A stretch of DNA of 34,915 nt. Source: Occultella glacieicola. Its GTDB lineage: Bacteria; Actinomycetota; Actinomycetes; Actinomycetales; Beutenbergiaceae. This document shows positions 27,939 to 34,915 of this stretch, piece after piece (the stretch's first letter is position 1; every line of letters starts with the position of its first letter). Location of the stretch: assembly GCF_004353825.1 (NCBI RefSeq), contig NZ_SMNA01000012.1, positions 124,001 through 158,915 on the forward strand. The letters run 5' to 3'. The position numbers and the translations under genes were made by a program. Below the pieces are notes generated by a model. It saw only the letters and a list, made by a program, of their open reading frames with translations, did not search any database and was not told the origin of the DNA.

Positions 27939-28211
27939 GGCCGCGCGCCGCGGCCACGCCCGCCCGGCCCCCTGTGGTCACCTGGTGGGCCTCGAGCGTC
28001 ACCGATCACGAGGATTGCGCCGAGGTGGTGATCGACCGGGTCAACGTGAAGAAGCACGAGCGGTACAACGGCGAGGATCAGACCATCGGCACCGGCGCCA
28101 ATCTGACTCGGGCAGCCTGACCCGCAGACTCACCCCTTCGCACAGCAGACCCACACGACGGAGGGTCGCTAGGTTGATCTGAACAACCACGGACCCGTAC
28201 GGAGGCAGAGC

Positions 28212-28922
28212 GTGAGCCAACCGCACCGGTGGATCCCGCCGCGCCACAGCGAAGAGGTCCGGGTGAAGTTCGAAGCCGCATGGGACGTGTTCGCCGTCAC
28301 CTGCAGTCGCTAACTCGCACCCGAGCCCACCTATCAGGCCTGGCTTGCCCACTATCTCATTTCCCAGTTCGGCATCGACCGGGTCGCACGCGAACCCACC
28401 ATCCGGATCGCCACGTTCATGCCGAGCCCGTGGCGCATCCAACTCGCCGGTAACCACGTGCGCCTCGATGCCGTGGTCCAACGCGAGCCCGGCGTGTACA
28501 TGCCGCACTACGGCAGCCCACTGGTCCGATCCCCCGACGCCACCGGACTCTCGCTGCTGCGCGACCTCGAAGTCATCTGCGAACTCAAGGTATCCGCCAC
28601 ACAGGGCGAGGGCCTGGACCACCGGGAAGTCGCCCAAGACGTCTGGAAGCTAGCCATGCTGCTCGACGAGTACGAGGCGGCCTTCCCCGGTGCGCCATCG
28701 CCCTTGGCCTACGCCCTGGTGCTAGACAACCACCCCCGCAAGAGCTACGACCAGGCTGCCCTCAATCGGCACCTCGACAGCATCCGGCCTCGCCCCGAGG
28801 TCCAGGTGCTCATCCACACGGCCGCCGCGGCCGCACGCCCGTCGTTCCCGGACGACTCGGCGTGGCGCATCCCGCGCCACTCGACGATCCGGGAGCACGA
28901 CCCGAGCCGCTGGGATGGGTGA
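28212..28922 (+). pseudogene. PD-(D/E)XK-like nuclease gene interrupted by an in-frame TAA at 28311-28313
   Basis: GGAGG + GTG at 28212, in frame with ORF 28419-28922; 'EPTYQAWLAHYL', 'ARE', 'RLDAVV', 'ICELK', 'QDVWKL'. Confidence 0.65.
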
Positions 28923-29099
28923 CGCCCGGCCAGCAGCACACCGAATCCTAGGGCGGGTACCACCCGCCGCGCGGTTCAGTGCCCGCCGCACACCTAGGGT
29001 GTATGAGCACGCTCGCGAACCGCGAGGCGCGTCACTCCGCCAGCGTCCCGATCGGTGGTTGACGGGCACCGACGCGACGAGCCAGCGCCGCCACGCGGA

Positions 29100-29236
29100 C
29101 CGACGAACTGAAGTAACAGTGGGACTTCTCGGGCCGGACGAGGGTGAGACCACTCGTCGACGATCTTGACCAGCCCGATCTGGCACGGAGGCACACATGG
29201 AGTCGGCGGACTCGAAGTCCACAGTCGTGAAGTTCG
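29100..29236 (-). pseudogene. Frameshifted fragment of a DnaQ/DEDDh 3'-5' exonuclease
   Basis: Successive frames give 'NFTTVDFESADS..ASV' / 'CQIGLVKIVD' / 'LVRPE...F', the ExoI region of DNA pol III epsilon-like proteins. Confidence 0.65.
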
Positions 29237-29560
29237 GCCTCGTGTCTCTTGCGGCGAGAGCGGGTTCTCCCACGGAGCCACGTCGCCGGCGAGCACTCCG
29301 CCGACGAACACCCACGCCCACCCCGGCGGCCCAGGTGGACCCCGGGCGTGCGGCCGCTCAGCCCACGCCACGCCGCGCGCACGACTGGCCATCTGCCCGC
29401 GAACAGAGCCGCATGAGCAGCGACACGCCGAGGTTCTGGACGCCCATGATCGGCGCGAGAACAACGACGAGCTCCACTTCCGGGCCCGCGGCGCCGATCA
29501 GCACAACGCGCCGGTCTGCACCGCCAGCCGCGCCGTCGCGCCGATCACACGGCCGTGAAG

Positions 29561-29678
29561 TCAGCCAGCAGCGAGCCGAACCGCTCGCTCCCGCAACTCC
29601 GGCGGGTACTTCCTCGGTGCCACCATGACTCTCATCCTCCCTGGGATTCACAGCCTCCATCAGACCCGGGGCGAGACA
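29561..29678 (-). mobile_element. Truncated IS3-family left end (IRL + first ~18 codons of OrfA)
   Basis: Minus strand TGTCTCGCCCCGGGTCTGATGGAGGC (IS6110-like IRL), RBS GGAGG, ATG at 29626, 'MVAPRKYPPELRERAVRLAAG*'. Confidence 0.8.
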
Positions 29679-29692
29679 ATGGGACTGAGTAA

Positions 29693-30892
29693 CTACGGCT
29701 TGTTCGCAGGACTCTCGGTCAACCTCAGAGCCTTCGTGGCCTCCTTGACGAGGGTGGGAAGCTCCTCGGTGTTGACCTCTCCAGCATGTTTTGCAGCGTC
29801 GCGGTGGGAGAACCTTGAGAGGACGTTCTTGACGAGGACGGCTTCACCGAGTTGAACGCGCGCTGCTAGCCGAATGTCGTCTTCGGAGTTGGCGTAGAAG
29901 GGAGCCAGGGCCTTGAGCGAGAGTGCAACATCTTCTGCGGTGTCGGCCTCACGGAAGTGTCGGCTGGATTCACGAAGCAACAGCGCCCCGAACGTGCCGA
30001 TCACGACGGCTACGGCTGCGCGCAGAATGCCGCCGCCGACGCTGATATCGAAGTTCTTGACGATCGCCTGATCGACGATGTAGTAGCCGACGGCCCCGGC
30101 GAAGAGGAACGCTACAAGTGCCCCGGCACGCATCCACAGCGCGTTCTTGCGCTCACGTGAAGCACGGCCGTACCAATCTGCGGCGCTCAAGTCACCAGCA
30201 GCGTGCTCAGCCAGAGCCTCGCCGGCCTTCGTCGTCGCAGCCAGCGTGGCTATGCTGGCCAGCGCTTGGGTGTCGTGGGTCGCGTCAGTTTCCTTGCGAT
30301 CCTTCTTCCACTCACTCAGCGCTTCTGACCAGTTCTCATCGATCGTGGCTTGGGCGGCATCGCTGACGGCCATGATCGCCTCGCGTTGAGCTTGAATCTC
30401 GCCGCGCAATTTCTCGACCTCTGCCGATACCCTTGTCAGCTCGTCCAGCCGTTGCTGCAGACCCTGCTCGGTTGCCGCAACGTGTTCGTGGAGTTCGTCG
30501 AGACGCTTGGTGCGCACCTCGATCTCCTTGTCGAGCAGCTCGACGTAGCCCGCAGCGAGATTCTTGGGCGGAGGTAGAGGTAGAGCCCTAAGTGCAGTCT
30601 CAAGGAGCTTCACTCCCTGACCGTTACGGGCTTGGGCGATGTACTGATTGAAGGTGTTGCCATCGACGGGCAGCTGGTTGAGAGCGTCGCCGAGCCCATC
30701 GAGTGCGCTCAGATACAGAGCTGGTTGCTGGGCCAACTTTGTCTTGACCGCCTCGTCGAGCCACTCGACGACGTCCACGCGCCATTGCTCCAGGGTTTTG
30801 TCATCGAAGCGAGCGGCGTGGAGTGATTCCCTCTTGAGCCGAAGGGTCTCCCAGACCTTGTGTGCGCGGTAGCGCTCAGCGCCCCTAGCCAT
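29693..30892 (-). CDS. Hypothetical coiled-coil protein with two C-terminal TM helices
   Basis: 399 aa; heptad-rich middle 'KRLDELHEHV..LQQRLDELTRVSAEVEKLRGEI'; TMs 'AGALVAFLFAGAVGYYIV' and 'GILRAAVAVVIGTFGALLL'. Confidence 0.8.
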   Translation of the reverse strand: MARGAERYRAHKVWETLRLKRESLHAARFDDKTLEQWRVDVVEWLDEAVKTKLAQQPALYLSALDGLGDALNQLPVDGNTFNQYIAQARNGQGVKLLETALRALPLPPPKNLAAGYVELLDKEIEVRTKRLDELHEHVAATEQGLQQRLDELTRVSAEVEKLRGEIQAQREAIMAVSDAAQATIDENWSEALSEWKKDRKETDATHDTQALASIATLAATTKAGEALAEHAAGDLSAADWYGRASRERKNALWMRAGALVAFLFAGAVGYYIVDQAIVKNFDISVGGGILRAAVAVVIGTFGALLLRESSRHFREADTAEDVALSLKALAPFYANSEDDIRLAARVQLGEAVLVKNVLSRFSHRDAAKHAGEVNTEELPTLVKEATKALRLTESPANKP

Positions 30893-30958
30893 CAGCTAAG
30901 CCTGCTTTCGACTGAGACGATCGAGAGACGTCGTTGGATGAATCGATCCGCCACAGCA

Positions 30959-32125
30959 CTACCTGTTGCCCTTGGAGCGGTTGTGCGTGATGCAGAGCAT
31001 CTCGCAGTTCTCGAGGGTTGTCGCCCCGCCCTTCGACCAGGCACTGACATGGTCGGCTTCCATCTCCGCGAGCTTGTAGATGTAGGACTTGTTCGCGTTG
31101 GTGCCAACGGCGCAGAGCGGGCAGTTGGACACGCCGTCGGCCTTGGCCTTGGTGGTCTGTCGCTTGTAGGCGGCGTTCCTGGTGGCTGTGTCGAACAGGC
31201 GCACCTTGAGTAATTGTGTGTTGGTCTTGCCACCCAGCAGGTACTCGTAGATGCCCTTGTTGCTCTCCACCGCTGGATCGCCACGGAGCTCCTCGACGGC
31301 CTGGTCGATCGCAGCTGCGTCGTAGGACTTTGAGTGGTGCTCCTCGTACAGGCGACCCCACTCGAGACCTCGCATCTCCGAGTCCGGCGGGCGCGTGAAG
31401 ACACTGCTGACCCAGTCAATTACCGTGGTGAAGTAGGTCTTGAGCTCGTTGATGTCCGCGTCCTGGCGATGCTTCGCGAGGTAGCCGGCGACCTTGTCGC
31501 CGTACGGAGCAGCAACCCAACTCAGAGCGACGGCCAAGATTTCCTGCCGCTTGGGGTCACCCTTGACATACGCCGACCACTTCTGCATGTTGGCGTTGAT
31601 CGAGTTCGAGTACTCGGCCTTCGCCTTGGTGACGAACGGTCCTGAGTAGATGGCGTTCAGTAGCTCCTGCGTATTCAGCGGAACACCGGTGATGTTGATG
31701 GTCTCGAACCACTCCTTGATCTCCTTCTCAGTCCCCTGGCACTCATACACCAGCAGGTCACTCTGCTTGATGAGCTCCTGGGACTCGAGCGGGAGCGACG
31801 AGAACGTCTGCTCCTTGCCGTCGACCTTGATCGCGAACTTCCCGGTGACGAAGCGCCCGACGCTGGTGATGCGCTGCTGGCCGTCGAGCACCTCGAGCTT
31901 GTTGCCGTCGACGTTGAAGTAGATCAGCCCGAGCGGGTAGCCCTTGAGCAGAGAGTCGATGACGGCCACGTCCTTCTTGCCGTCGCCGTATATGTAGTGC
32001 CGCTGGTACTCGGGCTGGATGACGAGCTTGCCGGCCAAGCCGAACAGCCCCTTGCCCTCGAGCTCGTTGTAGACGAAACCGGTGAGGACTTCCTCGACGG
32101 TGTAGTGCCTGAGATCGGTCTTCAC
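30959..32125 (-). CDS. DUF262 (GmrS/ParB-like) domain fused to an HNH endonuclease
   Basis: GTG at 32125 overlaps the methylase TGA; 'QPEYQR', 'EVLDGQQR', 'FETIN..G.PL'; HNH 'CPLC..EADHV..WSKGG.T..ENCEMLC..HNRSK'. Confidence 0.9.
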   Translation of the reverse strand: MKTDLRHYTVEEVLTGFVYNELEGKGLFGLAGKLVIQPEYQRHYIYGDGKKDVAVIDSLLKGYPLGLIYFNVDGNKLEVLDGQQRITSVGRFVTGKFAIKVDGKEQTFSSLPLESQELIKQSDLLVYECQGTEKEIKEWFETINITGVPLNTQELLNAIYSGPFVTKAKAEYSNSINANMQKWSAYVKGDPKRQEILAVALSWVAAPYGDKVAGYLAKHRQDADINELKTYFTTVIDWVSSVFTRPPDSEMRGLEWGRLYEEHHSKSYDAAAIDQAVEELRGDPAVESNKGIYEYLLGGKTNTQLLKVRLFDTATRNAAYKRQTTKAKADGVSNCPLCAVGTNANKSYIYKLAEMEADHVSAWSKGGATTLENCEMLCITHNRSKGNR

Positions 32126-33345
32126 GAGGCGTCCTTCCTGTGACGGATGAAGATGCGCTTGTAGATGCGCTTGACGGGGTAGCCGACATCGAAGTAGGTG
32201 CCGGGTCCGAACTCCTCGACCCGGACGTAGACACCCTTGGAGCCGGTGTTCGACTTGACCGGTGCACCGTCCACAACTTTGCGCTTGGCTTTGTAGGACT
32301 TCGTCGGCGCGTAGTCCCACTCATCGGTCCCGAGAATCTCGAACTGATCCGGGTTGTACTTCGCCAACCAGGTGATCGGAACGCCCATGACACCGTCGTA
32401 GTCGGACGGGATCGCGTCCGCGTACGGGATCTCGATCGCATCGAAGTTGTCGAACCGCTGGTACTCGCTGCCTCCGTCGAGGGTGTTGATGAATTTCTTG
32501 TTGTACCGCAGGTTGTCTTGCATGGTCATCAACTGCATGGGTTCATGTCGCCGACCGTGCTCGATGTTCGTGAACCAGCAGGAGTTCCCGAGACGGGTAA
32601 AGTCATGCTCATCCGTTGACGGGTAGCCCAATCTCGCCGCTTTCAGACGGTCGGCTTCCTTCACGTCAGCGCCCTTCGGGACTCCGAAGACCATGTCGGT
32701 GCTGTTAGCCGTGGCACCCTTCCAGAGCTTGTTCGACTTGATGAGACTGAAGACCTGCTTGTAGGAGATGGCGTTCTCGTTTCCGATCATCGAGAACTGT
32801 TTGTCGCCGGCCACGAGCCAGGCGAGAAACTCTCGGAACAGACTGAACGGCGGGTTGGTGATGATGATGTCCGCCTCATCGCGCAGAGCCGTGATCTCGG
32901 CGCTTCGGAAGTCTCCATCGCCATCGAGGTACTCCCACTGGAGGTCGTCGATGTTGACGACGCCGTCCCCGTTGATGTCCTCCAGTGCGAGCACGAACTT
33001 CTTGCCGTTGGTGTGGCTCTTGGTCTCGTCAAACTGTGGGTCGTTCAGCTCGAACAGGGTTGGCTCGTAACTGAACGTCGCGGGGTTGCTGTCCGGCGCG
33101 TAGGACGTCGAGATGAGTTTCTTCAGGCCGTAGTCCACGAAGTGCAGCGCGAAGAACTTGGCAAAGTTGCTCCACTCCGGATCGTCGCAAGGGAGCAAGA
33201 GCACCTTGCCGCGGAACACGTCAGGGTCGTACTCGAGGTAGGCGTTCATCTCCCGCTCGACGTCGGCCCACTGGGTGTAGAACTCGTCATTCTTCGCGGC
33301 CTTGGCCGCGTTCAGACTGGAAGCCCTGTGCCCTACAGCCGCCAT
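32122..33345 (-). CDS. Adenine-specific DNA methyltransferase, M.EcoRI family
   Basis: ATG at 33345 after AAGGGGAG; 'AKNDEFYT', 'PCDDPE.SNF', 'GDGDFRS', catalytic '[14 protein letters not shown]', 'GVMGVPIT...YNPDQFEI'. Confidence 0.92.
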   Translation of the reverse strand: MAAVGHRASSLNAAKAAKNDEFYTQWADVEREMNAYLEYDPDVFRGKVLLLPCDDPEWSNFAKFFALHFVDYGLKKLISTSYAPDSNPATFSYEPTLFELNDPQFDETKSHTNGKKFVLALEDINGDGVVNIDDLQWEYLDGDGDFRSAEITALRDEADIIITNPPFSLFREFLAWLVAGDKQFSMIGNENAISYKQVFSLIKSNKLWKGATANSTDMVFGVPKGADVKEADRLKAARLGYPSTDEHDFTRLGNSCWFTNIEHGRRHEPMQLMTMQDNLRYNKKFINTLDGGSEYQRFDNFDAIEIPYADAIPSDYDGVMGVPITWLAKYNPDQFEILGTDEWDYAPTKSYKAKRKVVDGAPVKSNTGSKGVYVRVEEFGPGTYFDVGYPVKRIYKRIFIRHRKDAS

Positions 33346-33579
33346 GTTCTCCCCTTGAGACCCGGTGCGCCACCAGGTCGGGGGCACATCTTCAAGCGCA
33401 TGCTATCGGCGAGGGCCGACAGGCTTAGGGCACCAGGGTCGATCGCGCGGCTGGCATGCCGCTTGCTCAGTCCTTCCGCAGCCGCTCGATCTCCGCCTCC
33501 AGCTCGCGGACCTTGGCCTCCAACTGAGACTTCGTCGGCTTGCGTGGCCGTGTCGTCTTTGCAGCCTGACTCCCTGCCC

Positions 33580-33750
33580 TCGAAGTGAGGCGACGCCAGA
33601 CCAGAGCCATTGGCGCGGTGGGGTTCCCGCCTCCACGTAGTAGCTCGTCAGAGGCGTCGAGAGCGACCGGTCGCCGTCCGCGGCCGCGACCCGTGCGCAG
33701 CAGGTACCTATGGCGTCCCCAGCCGACATCACTCGCATCGAATCCGTCAC
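33580..33750 (-). pseudogene. MobF (TrwC-type) relaxase 5' relic
   Basis: 'VTDSMRVMSAGD' / shifted frame 'RYLLRT' / 'VAAADGDRSLSTPLTSYYVEAGTPPRQWLWSG' matches the N-terminus of actinobacterial MobF relaxases; truncated after about 55 codons. Confidence 0.8.
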
Positions 33751-33815
33751 GCTGCGAGGTGCGCGCTCGCCCCCTTCCCCCGGCGCAACGCCGGTCAAAC
33801 CGATAGAGTCGCAGC

Positions 33816-34523
33816 ATGAGAAAGGCGTCGCCCAACGATGTAGTTGCGGGCTTCACCACGGCGACAGCCGGCGCACTCACGGACTGGGAGACGATCGACG
33901 CAGCGCTTGCGGCGCAGTCGCTCAGCCTCCGCCGTCGAGCAGCTTCTGATGCCTTCCTCTCGCTAGCTGTCTCGTGGGAGTCGTTCCTCTCACGGTGGCT
34001 GGTCGCCGCAGTGAACAAGGATGCATCGCGGGCCGTGAGCCAACTCGCAACCCGCTTGCAAGAGCATGCGGAGGAGGAGCTTCGTGTCCCTCGCTCACAC
34101 CTCGCAGCGACCCTCATTACGCAGTCTCATTTCAGTCTGAACCTGGTTCGTCAGCTATTGGACCCCAACGAAAACAACATCGTGATCCGTGAACACGGCG
34201 ATCTAGATCAGTTCGCTCGCCGGTGGCTCGCCGACCCTTACCGGACGGCGCTCACTGGAATCTCCTCCTTTCAATTCAAACCTGTGCTCGCCACTCGACT
34301 CATTCGCAACGCGCTCGCGCACCAGTCAGAGTCCGCACTCAAGCGAGCAAACGATGAGCTGAGGAAGAGCACGGTGCCTGTGGGCCTCCGAGTGACGGGG
34401 GCTCGCCGGCTCAGTGTGGACGGATGGCGGCGCTATCTTCTTTCAATCAGCAGCTATCGCCCGAGAATCGCCGTGCTGCACGATGAACTGGCGACAGTCG
34501 CGAGTCTCCTCGTCGTTCCCTGA
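33816..34523 (+). CDS. Stand-alone HEPN-domain protein (putative RNase), probably leaderless
   Basis: Helical 235 aa; 'LAVSWESFL' and Rx4H motif 'RNALAH' (34305-34322); TAGAGT -10 box 6 nt before the ATG. Confidence 0.7.
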   Translation: MRKASPNDVVAGFTTATAGALTDWETIDAALAAQSLSLRRRAASDAFLSLAVSWESFLSRWLVAAVNKDASRAVSQLATRLQEHAEEELRVPRSHLAATLITQSHFSLNLVRQLLDPNENNIVIREHGDLDQFARRWLADPYRTALTGISSFQFKPVLATRLIRNALAHQSESALKRANDELRKSTVPVGLRVTGARRLSVDGWRRYLLSISSYRPRIAVLHDELATVASLLVVP

Positions 34524-34796
34524 CGGTTGGCCGTACCGTAGCGGCCCGCTCTGCGGGTGCGGGACACGTATTCGGAGGGATGAGTAGCCGTGCCGGTCGG
34601 CCACGAAGGACGCAGCGGTCGGCGCCGACCCCGGACGCCGCAAGCAGGTGCCGCCAACAAGCCCCGCGGGGCAGCCGGCCGCCCCACCCACTGCTCGGAC
34701 CTGTCAGTGCTAGATCGACGCTCACTTGCATCACCGGACGAGGGTTGCTGGGAGACTGATGGGGTGAATCTCGACGAGCTGCTGCAGGTGATGGAC

Positions 34797-34915
34797 GGGA
34801 CTGCTGCACGGGTAGGTGGCATCTGATCTGGCTTGCCCGGGAGGGCGGCCTGGAAGGATGTTGCTGTGCCAAAGCCCTACCCGAGTGAGTTTCGTGACGA
34901 CGTTGTCCGCGTCGC
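34797..34915 (+). mobile_element. IS3-family element, left end and OrfA start (continues beyond the window)
   Basis: RBS GGAAGGA, GTG at 34866, 'MPKPYPSEFRDDVVRV'; probable terminus GGGACTGCTGCACGGGTAGGTGGCA at 34797. Confidence 0.8.

Noticed and set aside
28952..28968. GGCGGGT-ACC-ACCCGCC hairpin as a terminator
   Set aside because: Short stem with no U-tract in GC-rich sequence; insufficient support
33467..34117. 216-aa minus-strand ORF as a real gene
   Set aside because: A chimera of the HEPN antisense strand, an off-frame part of the relaxase relic and an orphan C-terminal tail
1..34915. CRISPR array, tRNA/rRNA, integrase or att site
   Set aside because: No regularly spaced repeats, RNA gene or recombinase recognised

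Overview
High-GC DNA with actinobacterial features (GTG starts, leaderless genes). Five blocks: (1) 1-2618, the end of a sugar ABC transporter operon with a class II aldolase. (2) 2634-11926, a minus-strand flavin-monooxygenase cluster (SsuE-like FMN reductase, flavin reductase, NtaA/DmoA-type monooxygenase, Dpp/Opp-type ABC importer, DUF1028 protein, XRE-cupin regulator) with a perfect 40-bp nested palindrome before the monooxygenase. (3) 12580-17616, a secreted multidomain heparinase II/III-like lyase with a LacI regulator and two candidate operators. (4) 17747-26672, a ROK-regulated galactoside operon (GH97-NPCBM, ABC importer, GH36). (5) About 26900-34915, a decayed mobile/defence island: membrane protein of unknown function, nonsense-interrupted PD-(D/E)XK nuclease, frameshifted DnaQ-like exonuclease relic, IS3 left-end relic, an apparently intact cassette of M.EcoRI-family methylase + DUF262-HNH nuclease + coiled-coil/2TM protein, a MobF relaxase relic, a stand-alone HEPN protein and the start of an IS3 element. 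The three-gene cassette and the HEPN gene are the best candidates for an undescribed anti-phage system. All family calls come from recognising motifs by eye; no searches were run.
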